Notes: generated from the sequence alone by a model not told the origin. Shown: positions 1 to 10,251, counted from the first letter of the stretch. The stretch is 32,000 nucleotides of DNA from an uncultured bacterium (GCA_963699255.1 OY969425.1:1680001-1712000); one strand, 5' to 3'. Numbers and translations are program-made.

Positions 1-1
1 C

Positions 2-1846
2 ATTATCGACACGCCGGGACATGTTGATTTTACGGTAGAAGTGGAGAGATCGCTCAGGGTGCTGGACGGAATGGTCGCGGTTTTTTGCGCCGTGGGAGGC
101 GTGCAGCCCCAGTCAGAGACCGTCTGGAGGCAGGCCACAAAATACAAGGTCCCCAGGCTCGCTTTTATCAACAAGATGGACAGGATCGGCGCGGACTTTT
201 TCAGGTGCGTAAAGCAGATGAAGGAGCGTCTTGGCGCGCATCCGGTCCTCCTGCAGTTACCGATAGGTGCTGAAGACAAGTTTTTGGGAGTTGTAGATCT
301 CGTTGAAATGAAAGCGATAGTTTTTGAGGATGAACTTGGAGCAAAACCATTGATCAAAGAGATCCCGGCTGAGCTTCAAAAGGACGCAAAAATCTACAGG
401 GAAAAGCTGATCGAAGCAGCGGCGGAAGCGGATGACGCGCTGCTCGAAAAATACATGGAGAAACATGTTTTGGAAAATGACGAGATAAAACGCGGGATCA
501 GGAAGCTGACGGTTGAATGCAAGATCATTCCTGTTACCTGCGGGACCGCATTCAAGAACAAGGGCATTCAACCCATGTTAGATGCTGTTATCGACTATCT
601 CCCGTCCCCGATAGATGTACCGTCGGTAACGGGATTCAATCCGGTATCGGGAGTTGATGAAGAAAGGGCTTCAACGGACAACGCTCCGTTCTCAGCCCTG
701 GCATTCAAGATAGCAACGGATCCTTTCGTTGGGAAACTGATATTTTTCAGGGTTTATTCGGGCACATTAAAATCCGGCTCCTACATACTTAATTCAACCA
801 AGGATTCAAAGGAAAGGATCGGAAGGCTTCTTCAGATGTACGCGGATAAGCGCGCGGAGATCGAAGAGGTCCACGCGGGGGATATTGCCGCGGCTGTGGG
901 ACTTAAGGGGACCACGACCGGCGATACGATATGCGAGGAATCAAAACCGATAATCCTTGAATCAATAGTGTTCCCGGAGCCTGTTATTTTCGTTGCGATC
1001 GAGCCCAAGACCAAGGCTGACCAAGAAAAGCTCGGCGTTGCTCTTGGCCGTCTGGCCGAAGAGGATCCCACATTCAGGATCAAGGGAGATCCTGATACAG
1101 GACAAACGATCATTTCCGGCATGGGGGAGCTTCACCTGGAGATCATCGTTGACAGGCTCTTGAGAGAATTCAGGGTGGAAGCGAATGTGGGCAAGCCTCA
1201 GGTAGCTTACAAGGAAACGATCAAGGGCACTGCTGAAGCCGAGGGGAAATTCATAAGACAGACCGGAGGCCGCGGTCAATACGGACATGTTTGGGTAACG
1301 GTGGAGCCGCTGCCGCCGGGCGGTAAATTTGAATTCGTGAATAAGATCGTCGGCGGATCGATACCGAAGGAGTACATCCCTGCCGTTGAGGACGGGATCG
1401 TTGAAGCGATGCAGACCGGAGTGCTCGCGGGCTATCCTGTGATCGATCTCAGGGTCACGCTTTTCGACGGTTCATTCCACGAGGTGGACTCTTCAGAAAT
1501 GGCGTTCAAGATAGCAGGGTCAATGGCTTTCAAAGACGGGTTCATAAGAGCAAAACCGATTTTGCTTGAACCTATAATGAAGGTTGAAGTGGAGATACCG
1601 GAACAGTACATGGGTGACGTTATAGGCGATCTTAACAGCAGAAGAGGGAAAATAGAGGGAATGGAATCCCATGCAGGCGTGCAGATAATAAAAGCGAGAG
1701 TCCCTCTCTCCGACATGTTCGGATATGCCACGGCTCTCAGGTCGAAGACGCAGGGAAGAGGGATATACACGATGGAATTTTCAACGTATGAGGAAATGCC
1801 AAAGAACATCGCCGAGGGAATAATCACAAAGGCGCAGGGGAAATAA
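2..1846 (+). CDS. fusA: Translation elongation factor G, 5'-truncated by window edge
   Basis: The frame is open from nt 2 ([23 protein letters not shown], GTPase DxxG region) to TAA at 1844-1846. EF-G signatures are present ([23 protein letters not shown]). The GTG at 41 in the ORF track is an internal codon. Confidence 0.97.
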   Translation: MIDTPGHVDFTVEVERSLRVLDGMVAVFCAVGGVQPQSETVWRQATKYKVPRLAFINKMDRIGADFFRCVKQMKERLGAHPVLLQLPIGAEDKFLGVVDLVEMKAIVFEDELGAKPLIKEIPAELQKDAKIYREKLIEAAAEADDALLEKYMEKHVLENDEIKRGIRKLTVECKIIPVTCGTAFKNKGIQPMLDAVIDYLPSPIDVPSVTGFNPVSGVDEERASTDNAPFSALAFKIATDPFVGKLIFFRVYSGTLKSGSYILNSTKDSKERIGRLLQMYADKRAEIEEVHAGDIAAAVGLKGTTTGDTICEESKPIILESIVFPEPVIFVAIEPKTKADQEKLGVALGRLAEEDPTFRIKGDPDTGQTIISGMGELHLEIIVDRLLREFRVEANVGKPQVAYKETIKGTAEAEGKFIRQTGGRGQYGHVWVTVEPLPPGGKFEFVNKIVGGSIPKEYIPAVEDGIVEAMQTGVLAGYPVIDLRVTLFDGSFHEVDSSEMAFKIAGSMAFKDGFIRAKPILLEPIMKVEVEIPEQYMGDVIGDLNSRRGKIEGMESHAGVQIIKARVPLSDMFGYATALRSKTQGRGIYTMEFSTYEEMPKNIAEGIITKAQGK

Positions 1847-1851
1847 TAATC

Positions 1852-2160
1852 ATGGTGAGACAAAAAATAAGGATCAGATTAAAAGGGTATGACGGCAGAC
1901 TGCTGGATCAATCCGCGTTAAAGATCGTTGATACCGCAAAGCGCGCGGGCGGAGTTGTTTCCGGTCCCATACCTCTTCCTACCGACAGGGAAATATACTG
2001 TGTGAATATGTCGACGAATATCGACAAAAAGTCGCGCGAGCATTTTGAGATAAGGGTGCATAAAAGATTGATAGATATCCTTGATCCCGCGCAGCAGACG
2101 GTTGACGCGCTGATGCAGCTGGATCTGCCGGCCGGAGTGGATATCGAGATAAAGAGCTGA
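1852..2160 (+). CDS. rpsJ: 30S ribosomal protein S10
   Basis: 102 aa with [26 protein letters not shown] and [12 protein letters not shown]. Sits in the canonical slot before rplC. Confidence 0.97.
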   Translation: MVRQKIRIRLKGYDGRLLDQSALKIVDTAKRAGGVVSGPIPLPTDREIYCVNMSTNIDKKSREHFEIRVHKRLIDILDPAQQTVDALMQLDLPAGVDIEIKS

Positions 2161-2166
2161 AATAAC

Positions 2167-2874
2167 ATGGCGGAAATTTTAGGTAAAAAAGTCGGAATGA
2201 CACACATATACAGCGAGACCGGGCTTATGGAGCCGGTGACCCTGATACAGGCGGGTCCGTGCGTTGTCGTGAATTTGAGGACGAAGGAAAAGCACGGATA
2301 CCAATCGATTCAGCTTGGTTTTACCAAACCGAAGAAGATGAACAAGCCGATGGAGGGATATTTCAAGAAGCAGGGCGTCAAGGAGAATTTCAGGTATCTG
2401 AGAGAATTCAGGAAAGATAAGCTAGACGGGTATTCTATAGGCCAGGAAATAAAGGCCGATGCGTTCAAGATGTATGAGATCGTGAGCGTTACCGGGGTCT
2501 CTATCGGGAAGGGCTTTCAGGGACCGGTAAAAAGATATCATTTTAACAGGCATCCTATGAGCCATGGCTCCAAGTCCCACAGGATGCCTGGCTCCTCAGG
2601 ATCGGGAACATTCGTCTCTCATGTTTTCAAAGGGAAAAGAAGAGCAGGCCACATGGGGTTTGACACGGTCACGGCGAAAGGGCTTGTTGTTCTATATGTC
2701 GACGCGGCAAATAACATTTTAGGGGTAAGGGGATCGGTCCCCGGACCTAAGGGGAATCTTTTGATAGTTAAGGGCACGGGTGTTATCACGAAGCCACGAG
2801 TAAAGAGGATCGCGCAGGCTCCGCTTGAAAAAGCGGCGAAGATAGCAGCTGAAGCTACTTCGGCAAAGAAATAG
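2167..2874 (+). CDS. rplC: 50S ribosomal protein L3
   Basis: 235 aa with an ILGKKVGMTHIY N-terminus and FKGKRRAGHMG. Order is rpsJ-rplC-rplD. Has an Ala/Lys-rich C-terminal tail. Confidence 0.96.
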   Translation: MAEILGKKVGMTHIYSETGLMEPVTLIQAGPCVVVNLRTKEKHGYQSIQLGFTKPKKMNKPMEGYFKKQGVKENFRYLREFRKDKLDGYSIGQEIKADAFKMYEIVSVTGVSIGKGFQGPVKRYHFNRHPMSHGSKSHRMPGSSGSGTFVSHVFKGKRRAGHMGFDTVTAKGLVVLYVDAANNILGVRGSVPGPKGNLLIVKGTGVITKPRVKRIAQAPLEKAAKIAAEATSAKK

Positions 2875-2883
2875 AGGAAAACC

Positions 2884-3507
2884 ATGGTTAAGCTGGACCT
2901 ATACGGAGCAAACGGAAAAATCGATGGAAGCGTTTCGGCTTCCGACAGGATTTTTTCTTCACCCGTAAATGAACACGTTGTCAATGAGACGCTGAACTGG
3001 TATCTGGCCACCGGCAGGCAGGGAAGTGCGAACACAAAAACCCGCGCGGAAGTTTCCGGGGGCGGGAAGAAACCGTGGAGGCAGAAAGGCACGGGACGCG
3101 CCAGGATAGGAGATAACAGGGCGCCTCACTGGAGACACGGCGGGGTCGTATTCGGGCCTAAACCGAGAGACTATTCGTTCAGCCTGCCGATAAAGATGAG
3201 AAAAGCCGCCATCAGGTCCGTTCTTTCTGACAAGGCTCAATCAGGAAAGATAAAAATTATCGGGAAAATATCTTTAACTCAGGCAAAGACAAAAGAAATG
3301 GTTAAGGTGCTCGAAGCGCTGGGGATAAAGAAGAGCGCGCTTTTGATCATTCCCGCGCATGATGAAACGGTTGAGCGGGCTTCAAAGAACATTAAAGGCG
3401 TTAAGGTCGCGCTGGGCAAAGCGTTGAATGTTCATGATCTGCTTAAGTATGATGAAATGATCATCACGAAAGATGCTGTCCCTGTTCTCGAGGAGGCTTA
3501 CGCGTAA
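2884..3507 (+). CDS. rplD: 50S ribosomal protein L4
   Basis: 207 aa with the KPWRQKGTGRAR motif. AGAGGA Shine-Dalgarno (SD) sequence upstream. Confidence 0.96.
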   Translation: MVKLDLYGANGKIDGSVSASDRIFSSPVNEHVVNETLNWYLATGRQGSANTKTRAEVSGGGKKPWRQKGTGRARIGDNRAPHWRHGGVVFGPKPRDYSFSLPIKMRKAAIRSVLSDKAQSGKIKIIGKISLTQAKTKEMVKVLEALGIKKSALLIIPAHDETVERASKNIKGVKVALGKALNVHDLLKYDEMIITKDAVPVLEEAYA

Positions 3508-3797
3508 TGGCTGACCCGTATCAAATAATAATTGAACCGATCGTGACGGAGAAAAGCTCCGGACTGATGGCGAGTTCCGTATATGTGTTCAGGGTGCTGA
3601 AAGATGCGACCAAGACGCAAATAAAGAACGCGCTTAAACAGGCGTTCGACGTTGACGCTGAGTCGATCAATACCGCCAAAGTAAGGGGTAAAGCGAGAAC
3701 ACTTGGACGAAGCATAGGCAGGACAGCCGGATGGAAGAAAGCGTATGTTAAGCTGAAAGAAGGCCAGAAGATAAAGGAACTGGAGGCAGGAGCATAA
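3507..3797 (+). CDS. rplW: 50S ribosomal protein L23
   Basis: 96 aa. The ATG overlaps the rplD stop (TAATG). Has the [11 protein letters not shown]-terminus typical of uL23. Confidence 0.95.
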   Translation: MADPYQIIIEPIVTEKSSGLMASSVYVFRVLKDATKTQIKNALKQAFDVDAESINTAKVRGKARTLGRSIGRTAGWKKAYVKLKEGQKIKELEAGA

Positions 3798-4624
3798 TGC
3801 CGGTACATGTAAGAAGATCATTAACTAACGGTCAGAGGGGCAGGGTCGACCTGGATTTCGGCGATCTTACGACTTCTACACCCGAAAAGTCCCTGCTGGT
3901 AAAGATACAAAAGACCTCAGGGAGAGATTGGCGCGGCAGAATAAGCATGAGGCACAGGGGCGGCGGCAGCAAGAAGCTTTTCAGGGTTATTGATTTCAAA
4001 AGGACCAAGGACGGAGTCCCGGCCAAGGTCATCTCCGTTGAATATGATCCTTACAGGAATGCTTTCATATCGTTACTGCAATATCGTGACGGTGAAAAGA
4101 GATATATTTTGTCGCCTCTGGGCATCAAAGTGGGGGATGTTGTGGAATCAGGTCCGAATGTGGACGTAAAACCGGGCAACGCCCTGCCGATAAAGAATAT
4201 TCCTGTGGGCACCGTTATACATAATATTGAAATTGCCGCCGGAGCGGGCGCGGCGTTCGCGCGATCCGCGGGTTCTTTTGCTTCTCTTGTCGCGAAAGAA
4301 GGAAGATACGCGACGATAAAGCTGCCTTCCGGGGAGCAGAGACTTGTTCACATCGATTGCCGTGCCACCGTGGGACAGATCGGCAACCTTGACGCAAAGA
4401 ACGTCCGGCTTGGCAGGGCAGGAAGAATGAGGCACCGTGGCAGGAGACCTGCGGTCCGGGGAGTTGTCATGAACCCGTGCGATCACCCGCATGGCGGAGG
4501 AGAAGGGCGTTCACCAATTGGAATGCCATCCCCGAAAACACCTTGGGGCAAGCCTACGCTTGGATACAGGACGCGAAAGAAAAGAAAGATCAGCGATAGA
4601 TTTATAATTATGAGGAGGGCTTAA
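3797..4624 (+). CDS. rplB: 50S ribosomal protein L2
   Basis: 275 aa with RVIDFKR and [14 protein letters not shown] motifs. TAATG overlap with rplW. The N-terminal ~25 residues are divergent. Confidence 0.96.
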   Translation: MPVHVRRSLTNGQRGRVDLDFGDLTTSTPEKSLLVKIQKTSGRDWRGRISMRHRGGGSKKLFRVIDFKRTKDGVPAKVISVEYDPYRNAFISLLQYRDGEKRYILSPLGIKVGDVVESGPNVDVKPGNALPIKNIPVGTVIHNIEIAAGAGAAFARSAGSFASLVAKEGRYATIKLPSGEQRLVHIDCRATVGQIGNLDAKNVRLGRAGRMRHRGRRPAVRGVVMNPCDHPHGGGEGRSPIGMPSPKTPWGKPTLGYRTRKKRKISDRFIIMRRA

Positions 4625-4625
4625 C

Positions 4626-4910
4626 TTGACCAGATCTTCAAAAAAAGGACCTTTTGTTGATTATCATCTGTATGAAAAGATCAACAGGATGCAGTCGGGC
4701 GGAGAAAAGAAAATGATAAAGACTTGGTCAAGAAGGAGCGTTATCACTCCGGAAATGATCGGGTTCACGATAGCCGTCCATAACGGCAATAAACATATTC
4801 CTATATATATAACGGAGAACATGGTGGGATGCAAACTCGGGGAATTCGCGCCGACAAGGACGTTCAGGGGCCACAGCATCCCGACGGCAAAAACAACGGC
4901 GCTGACATAA
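4626..4910 (+). CDS. rpsS: 30S ribosomal protein S19
   Basis: 94 aa with a TTG start giving [12 protein letters not shown]. Also has [28 protein letters not shown]. Confidence 0.95.
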   Translation: MTRSSKKGPFVDYHLYEKINRMQSGGEKKMIKTWSRRSVITPEMIGFTIAVHNGNKHIPIYITENMVGCKLGEFAPTRTFRGHSIPTAKTTALT

Positions 4911-4914
4911 TTAT

Positions 4915-5271
4915 ATGAAAGTAAAAGCACAAGCCAAATATTTAAGAGCGGCTCCCAGAAAAGTGAGGCAGGTCGCCGATCTGATCAGGGGGAAAAATAC
5001 CAAGGAAGCTCTGGTCATGCTTAAATTCATACCCAATATGGGAGCGAAGCTGATCGAGAAGGTGCTTAAATCCGCCGTCGCGAACGCGAAGCACAACTAT
5101 AAGCTGGGCGATGATAAGTTGTTCGTATCGGAGATCCTGATCGATGGAGCAACCCCTTTTAAAAGGATACATCCGCGGGCTCGGGGCAGCGCGTTCCCGA
5201 TATTAAAAAGACAGAGTCATATAACGATATATATTGAGGAGGCATTAAGTGGGCCAAAAAGTTCATCCTAA
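4915..5271 (+). CDS. rplV: 50S ribosomal protein L22
   Basis: 118 aa with [21 protein letters not shown]. Confidence 0.95.
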   Translation: MKVKAQAKYLRAAPRKVRQVADLIRGKNTKEALVMLKFIPNMGAKLIEKVLKSAVANAKHNYKLGDDKLFVSEILIDGATPFKRIHPRARGSAFPILKRQSHITIYIEEALSGPKSSS

Positions 5272-5941
5272 GGGATTTCGCGTAGGGATAACAGAGACCT
5301 GGGATTCCAACTGGTTTACCGGCAAGAAGGAATACGGCCCTCTTTTGCTTGAGGACCTGAAGGTACGCAAGTATATCAAGCACAATCTCTATAAAGCCGG
5401 AATATCAAAGATATTGATAAGCAGAAGGGCGAACCAGATAGAGGTGAATGTTTTTTCCGCCAAACCCGGTCTTGTGATAGGCAGGGGAGGCAGAGAAGTC
5501 GCGGCCTTAAGGGAAGAGCTGGTCAAGATGACCCAAAAGCAGGTGGAGCTGAACATTCAGGAGGAACAAAACCCGGAGATCTGCGCTCAGCTTGTTGCTG
5601 AAAATGTGGCGGCTCAGCAGGAAAAAAGGATCGCATACAGAAGGGCAATGAAACAGGCAGTTGCAAAAGCGCTGCGTTCCGGCGCAAAAGGTATAAAGAT
5701 AATGTGCGGCGGACGTCTCAACGGCGCTGAGATCGCAAGAAGCGAGTGGTATAGAAAAGGAAGGGTCCCGCTTCAGACTCTTCGCGCAAGGATCGATTAC
5801 GGCTTCGCCGAAGCGATGACGGTTTACGGTAAGATCGGCGTAAAAGTGTGGATCTATAAAGGGGATACCTTCACTGAAAAGGAACAGGCTGCGGGAGAGA
5901 TCATAAAGCCATCCGTTACAGTGGTGGAGACGGTGAGCTGA
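5249..5941 (+). CDS. rpsC: 30S ribosomal protein S3
   Basis: 230 aa. GTG start after a [24 protein letters not shown]-terminus. Overlaps the rplV 3' end by 23 nt. Confidence 0.96.
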   Translation: MGQKVHPKGFRVGITETWDSNWFTGKKEYGPLLLEDLKVRKYIKHNLYKAGISKILISRRANQIEVNVFSAKPGLVIGRGGREVAALREELVKMTQKQVELNIQEEQNPEICAQLVAENVAAQQEKRIAYRRAMKQAVAKALRSGAKGIKIMCGGRLNGAEIARSEWYRKGRVPLQTLRARIDYGFAEAMTVYGKIGVKVWIYKGDTFTEKEQAAGEIIKPSVTVVETVS

Positions 5942-5945
5942 TAAG

Positions 5946-6356
5946 ATGGGCATACAACCAAAAAAAGTTAAGTTCAGGAAAGATCAGAGAGGAAAAAGAA
6001 GAGGCGTAGCTACCAGGGGCAATACGATCTGTTTTGGAGAATACGGCCTCCAGGCTCTTGAAGCATGCTGGCTTAAGACGAACCAGATAGAATCAGCGAG
6101 AAAAGCCGTTACGCACTTTGTTAAAAGGGGCGGCAAAGTATGGATAAGGGTATTGTGTGACAAATCGGCGACCGCGCGTCCCGCTGAAACTCGCATGGGC
6201 AGCGGAAAGGGCGATCCCGCGTATTATGTCGCGGTCATCAGACCGGGCAAGATACTATTCGAGCTCGCGGGGGTTTCGAAGGAAGATGCCGTGGAAGCAA
6301 TGAGACTTGCCGGACACAAGCTTCCGATGAAGACCAGACTGGTAGTAAAGGTGTAA
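5946..6356 (+). CDS. rplP: 50S ribosomal protein L16
   Basis: 136 aa with PKKVKFRK and RMGSGKG motifs. Confidence 0.95.
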   Translation: MGIQPKKVKFRKDQRGKRRGVATRGNTICFGEYGLQALEACWLKTNQIESARKAVTHFVKRGGKVWIRVLCDKSATARPAETRMGSGKGDPAYYVAVIRPGKILFELAGVSKEDAVEAMRLAGHKLPMKTRLVVKV

Positions 6357-6357
6357 T

Positions 6358-6576
6358 ATGGCAAAAATAAAGGATACAGCGGAAAATTTGCGCCAGCTCG
6401 ATGTTAAAGAGCTGGAGGGAAAACTTGTCTCAGGAAGAGAAAATCTTTTTAAGCTCAAATTAAAACGCAGCGAACAGAAGGATCCTCTTAAGATAAGATG
6501 GGCGCGCCGAAATGTTGCCAGGATTTTAACGATAATAAAGGAGAAAACAGGTGGAACCGCAGAAAAAAGCAAATAG
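6358..6576 (+). CDS. rpmC: 50S ribosomal protein L29
   Basis: 72 aa with the LRQLDVKELEGKL...LFKLKLK pattern. Sits in the slot between rplP and rpsQ. Confidence 0.92.
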   Translation: MAKIKDTAENLRQLDVKELEGKLVSGRENLFKLKLKRSEQKDPLKIRWARRNVARILTIIKEKTGGTAEKSK

Positions 6577-6889
6577 AAAGATAAAAGAGGGCGTTGTCAT
6601 TTCCGATAAAATGTCAAAGACCGTCGTGGTGCAGATCGAGAGGAAAGTCAGGCACCCTCTGTATCAAAAAGTAATAAGGATATCTAACACATTTAAAGCT
6701 CATGATGAAGGGGAGACATGTTCGGTCGGGGATACGGTCAGGATCATGGAGGTCAGGCCCATGTCTTCGGACAAGAGATGGGTGGTAATAAAGGTTCTCG
6801 GCAAGAAAAAAGAATTTATCGAGGATGAGGATAAAGGCATGCCGGCTCCTGTAAGAAGGGTAAAGGAGACCCAAAGTGATACAAAATAG
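6551..6889 (+). CDS. rpsQ: 30S ribosomal protein S17 with C-terminal extension
   Basis: 112 aa. GTG start 7 nt after an AGGAG SD (6539-6543). Core matches [18 protein letters not shown]...HPLYQK...AHDE...VGD.V.IME.RP.S. About 27 extra C-terminal residues. Overlaps rpmC by 26 nt and rplN by 14 nt. Confidence 0.9.
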   Translation: MEPQKKANRKIKEGVVISDKMSKTVVVQIERKVRHPLYQKVIRISNTFKAHDEGETCSVGDTVRIMEVRPMSSDKRWVVIKVLGKKKEFIEDEDKGMPAPVRRVKETQSDTK

Positions 6890-7244
6890 ATCAATGATCA
6901 CGGTCGCTGACAACAGCGGCGCCAAGGTCGTGATGTGCATAAGAGTTCTGGGTTCTTCCAACAAAAGATGCGCCGGAGTAGGCGATCTTTTTACGGCGGT
7001 TGTGAAAACCGCCAACCCTAATATGACCGTGAAAAAAAGCGAAGTGGTGCTAGCCGTTCTTGTGAGAGCCAGAAAGCCGCTTCGCAGGGAAGACGGGAGC
7101 TATGTGAGGTTTGATGATAACGCGGCCGTTATTATCGGCAAGGACGGGAATCCGCGCGGCACCAGGATCTTCGGGCCTGTTGCCAGGGAACTCAGGGACA
7201 GGAATTTCATGAAAATTATTTCTCTCGCACCGGAGGTTGTATAA
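6876..7244 (+). CDS. rplN: 50S ribosomal protein L14
   Basis: 122 aa. GTG start 7 nt after AAGGAG, giving [17 protein letters not shown]. Confidence 0.96.
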   Translation: MIQNRSMITVADNSGAKVVMCIRVLGSSNKRCAGVGDLFTAVVKTANPNMTVKKSEVVLAVLVRARKPLRREDGSYVRFDDNAAVIIGKDGNPRGTRIFGPVARELRDRNFMKIISLAPEVV

Positions 7245-7249
7245 CGATC

Positions 7250-7564
7250 ATGGGGAACAGACTTAAAAAGGGCGATACGGTTGTTGTGCTTTCCGGCAAG
7301 GATAAAGGTAAAAAAGGGAAAATACTCAGTGTTTTTGATGACGGCATCGTTGTTGAAAAAGTGAATGTTGCCAAAAAGCACCAGAAGCCGACAAAAACCT
7401 TTCAGGGGGGCATCATAGAAAAGCCGGTAGCCGTTAATCCGTCAAAGATCATGCTGGTATGTCCGAAATGCGGCGAGGCAACAAGGGTCAGGTTTGACAA
7501 GGTCGAAGGAAAAAGCACCAGGAAATGCGTCAGCTGCAAAGAGATAGTTGATAAGGTCAAATAA
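7250..7564 (+). CDS. rplX: 50S ribosomal protein L24 (Cys4 variant)
   Basis: 104 aa with the KOW region [18 protein letters not shown]. The C-terminal part carries CPKC...CVSC. Confidence 0.94.
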   Translation: MGNRLKKGDTVVVLSGKDKGKKGKILSVFDDGIVVEKVNVAKKHQKPTKTFQGGIIEKPVAVNPSKIMLVCPKCGEATRVRFDKVEGKSTRKCVSCKEIVDKVK

Positions 7565-7566
7565 TC

Positions 7567-8106
7567 ATGAAGAACTTAAAAGAGAGATATAAGAAGGAAA
7601 TAGTGCCGGGGATGATGAAGAGGTTCGGGTACAAGAACCCGATGCAGGTCCCTCGCGTAGTTAAGATCGTTGTTAACAGGGGGGTAGGAGAGGCGACCAG
7701 CAATCCCAAGGCGATCGATATCTCTGTTGCCGAACTTGTCGCAATAACCGGGCAGAGACCCCTTGTCACAAAATCAAAAAAAGCTATCTCGGGTTTCAAG
7801 CTGAAGGAGAACATCTCTATCGGGTGTGTGGTCACCCTAAGAGGTCAGAGGATGTATGATTTTCTGGATAAGCTCGTTAACATCTGCCTGCCCAGGATAC
7901 GTGATTTCAGGGGAGTAAATCCTAAATCGTTCGATGGGCACGGGAATTATTCGTTAGGGATCAAAGAGCAGCTTATTTTTCCGGAGATCGTTTATGACAA
8001 AGTGGACAAGCCCAGGGGCATGGATGTTACGATAGTGACGAATGCTTCCAGGGATGAGGAAGCTCATGAACTTCTTAGGCTGATCGGTTTTCCGTTCAGG
8101 AAATAG
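7567..8106 (+). CDS. rplE: 50S ribosomal protein L5
   Basis: 179 aa with [25 protein letters not shown] and RDFRG. Confidence 0.96.
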   Translation: MKNLKERYKKEIVPGMMKRFGYKNPMQVPRVVKIVVNRGVGEATSNPKAIDISVAELVAITGQRPLVTKSKKAISGFKLKENISIGCVVTLRGQRMYDFLDKLVNICLPRIRDFRGVNPKSFDGHGNYSLGIKEQLIFPEIVYDKVDKPRGMDVTIVTNASRDEEAHELLRLIGFPFRK

Positions 8107-8110
8107 ACAC

Positions 8111-8128
8111 CGGAGCTTACGGAGCTTA
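8111..8128 (+). repeat. Perfect tandem duplication CGGAGCTTA x2 in the rplE-rpsN spacer
   Basis: Read directly: cggagctta (8111-8119) followed by cggagctta (8120-8128). Confidence 0.9.
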
Positions 8129-8150
8129 ATTACAGGGTAAGGAGAAGATA

Positions 8151-8336
8151 GTGGCAAAAAAATGCATGGTACTAAAATCGAAGAAAACGCCGAAGTTTCC
8201 TGTAAGGAAACACAGCAGGTGCTCAATATGCGGAAGACCTCGCGGATTTATGCGGAAATTCGGCATATGCAGGATCTGTTTTAGAACGATGGCGCATGAG
8301 GGTGTTCTTCCCGGCGTAATGAAATCAAGCTGGTAG
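8151..8336 (+). CDS. rpsN: 30S ribosomal protein S14, short zinc-binding type Z
   Basis: 61 aa. GTG start after AAGGAGAAG. Has CSICGRP...CRICFR (two CxxC pairs) and the KSSW C-terminus. Confidence 0.95.
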   Translation: MAKKCMVLKSKKTPKFPVRKHSRCSICGRPRGFMRKFGICRICFRTMAHEGVLPGVMKSSW

Positions 8337-8364
8337 ATCGGTCTACCGACAGGCAGGTGAATAA

Positions 8365-8763
8365 ATGTATTTAACAGATTCTATAGGCGACATGTTAACG
8401 AGGATAAGGAATGCGGCCAGCGTGAAGGATGAAGCGGCTGACATTCCTGCTTCAAGAGAGAAACTTGCGATCGCGCAAATACTGAAAGATGAAGGGTTTA
8501 TCTCAAAAGTTGAGAGCATCATGAAAAGGAATAAAAAAATGATCAGGGTGACTCTTAAATACGGGAAAAAGAAGGAGAGCATTATTCGCGGGATAAAAAG
8601 GGTAAGCACACCCGGAAGACGCATTTACAAGGGGAAGGACGATATTCCAAGGATCAGGTCCGGGTTTGGCATTGCTTTAATATCAACTTCCAAAGGCATA
8701 TTGACCGACTCTGCGGCAAGAGAGCTCGGGGCCGGCGGAGAGATCATTTGTTATGTCTGGTAG
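8365..8763 (+). CDS. rpsH: 30S ribosomal protein S8
   Basis: 132 aa with DSIGDMLTRIRNA and the GGEIICYVW C-terminus. Confidence 0.96.
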   Translation: MYLTDSIGDMLTRIRNAASVKDEAADIPASREKLAIAQILKDEGFISKVESIMKRNKKMIRVTLKYGKKKESIIRGIKRVSTPGRRIYKGKDDIPRIRSGFGIALISTSKGILTDSAARELGAGGEIICYVW

Positions 8764-8770
8764 TAAAAAA

Positions 8771-8788
8771 GCCCCGCTAAATCGGGGC
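8771..8788 (+). other. Intergenic GC stem-loop GCCCCG-ctaaat-CGGGGC (rpsH-rplF spacer)
   Basis: Perfect 6-bp GC-rich inverted repeat, preceded by A6 (8765-8770) and followed by a purine-rich SD. Function unknown. Confidence 0.5.
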
Positions 8789-8805
8789 AGGGAAGAGAAT
8801 AGACC

Positions 8806-9363
8806 ATGTCAAGAGTAGGAAGAAAGATAATAGACCTGCCAAAAGGCGTTGAAGTGAAGATAGACGGCAGCAGCATCACCGTAAAGGGGCCCAAGGGAAC
8901 CCTTTCAAGATGTTTGCCCAACGGGATCTCCGTTTCTCAGGATGGCGGGAAGCTGACGGTGAAAAGGGGCAGTGAAGAGAACAATGTCAGAGCGATGCAC
9001 GGACTGTACAGGGCATTGATCGCGAACATGGTCACCGGTGTTGTACAGGGGTTTGAAAGAAAACTGGAGCTTTCCGGAGTTGGTTATCGCGCGAGCAAGC
9101 AGGGGAATAAGCTGGTCATGCTGCTTGGCTTTTCCCACCCCATAATTTTTGATCCGCCCGCCGGCATAGAATTCCGGCTGGAAGGACAGGAGAAGGTCAT
9201 AGTTGCGGGCGCTGATAAGGAACTTGTAGGCGAGATAGCGTCCAGCATCAAGAAATCAAAAGAAGTCGAGCCGTATAAATTAAAAGGAATAAAATATTTT
9301 GGAGAGATCATCAAGAAAAAAGCCGGAAAGGCTGCAAAAGCGGCGGGAGCGGGTGCAAAATAA
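8806..9363 (+). CDS. rplF: 50S ribosomal protein L6
   Basis: 185 aa with [17 protein letters not shown] and GVGYRA. Ala/Lys-rich tail. Confidence 0.95.
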   Translation: MSRVGRKIIDLPKGVEVKIDGSSITVKGPKGTLSRCLPNGISVSQDGGKLTVKRGSEENNVRAMHGLYRALIANMVTGVVQGFERKLELSGVGYRASKQGNKLVMLLGFSHPIIFDPPAGIEFRLEGQEKVIVAGADKELVGEIASSIKKSKEVEPYKLKGIKYFGEIIKKKAGKAAKAAGAGAK

Positions 9364-9689
9364 TGAAAGGCAAGTTAACGAGAAAGATAAAAGGCTCGAC
9401 CGAAAGACCCAGGCTTTCAGTATTCAGGAGCCTGGGCCATATATATGCTCAGGTCATTGATGATGATAAAGGCATAACCCTGGCTTCCGTATCTACGCTG
9501 GCGCTTAAGAAATCGGGGAAAAAGGTAAAGAATAATATTGAAGCGGCAAAACGAGTTGGAGAAGAGATCGCGAAACGCTCCATCGCCGCGGGTATCAAAA
9601 AGGTCGTGTTCGATCGAAGCGGGTATCTATACCACGGTAAAGTAGCGGCTTTGGCTGATGCGGCAAGGAACGGAGGATTGGAATTTTAA
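9363..9689 (+). CDS. rplR: 50S ribosomal protein L18
   Basis: 108 aa with [18 protein letters not shown] and the [19 protein letters not shown] end. TAATG overlap with rplF. Confidence 0.95.
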   Translation: MKGKLTRKIKGSTERPRLSVFRSLGHIYAQVIDDDKGITLASVSTLALKKSGKKVKNNIEAAKRVGEEIAKRSIAAGIKKVVFDRSGYLYHGKVAALADAARNGGLEF

Positions 9690-9691
9690 AT

Positions 9692-10225
9692 ATGAACGCA
9701 AGAGAACGTCAACAAGAAGAAGATAAACAGCAGGAGAAAGTAGTTCAAATCAGGCGCATATGCAAGGTCGTGAAGGGCGGGAAGAAGCTCGGCTTCAGGG
9801 CGGTCGTTGTCGTGGGTGACGGGCTCGGGATCGTCGGGGTCGGCGTCGGCAAAGCGAACGAAGTTTCATCCGCGATAAGAAAATCAGTTGATGATGCGAA
9901 GAAACATCAGATAAAGGTCCCGATGGTCGGCAAAACCATTCCTCATGATACCGAGGGGACCTGGGGCGCAAGCAAGGTAGTGCTCAGGCCCGCTCCCACT
10001 GGCACCGGTGTTATAGCCGGCGGCGCGGTCAGGACCGTGCTTGAGCTTGCGGGGATCGAGGATGTGGTCGCAAAGTCGATCGGAGCTTCGAACGCAATAA
10101 ATACCGCGAGAGCGACGATCGAGGGGCTTATGACGCTTAAAACCCTGGCAGAAGAGGAAGAGTTCAGGGGTAAAAAGCTTGACGTAAAATTTGTTCAGTC
10201 TGCCTCGCCCGCTGAGGGCGTGTAA
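9692..10225 (+). CDS. rpsE: 30S ribosomal protein S5
   Basis: 177 aa with [23 protein letters not shown] and [18 protein letters not shown]. Confidence 0.96.
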   Translation: MNARERQQEEDKQQEKVVQIRRICKVVKGGKKLGFRAVVVVGDGLGIVGVGVGKANEVSSAIRKSVDDAKKHQIKVPMVGKTIPHDTEGTWGASKVVLRPAPTGTGVIAGGAVRTVLELAGIEDVVAKSIGASNAINTARATIEGLMTLKTLAEEEEFRGKKLDVKFVQSASPAEGV

Positions 10226-10229
10226 ATAG

Positions 10230-10251
10230 GCCCCGACACATTGGTCGGGGC
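10230..10251 (+). other. Intergenic GC stem-loop GCCCCGAC-acattg-GTCGGGGC (rpsE-rplO spacer)
   Basis: Perfect 8-bp inverted repeat read directly, followed by AGGCAGGAAGAGAGGA. Function unknown. Confidence 0.5.
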
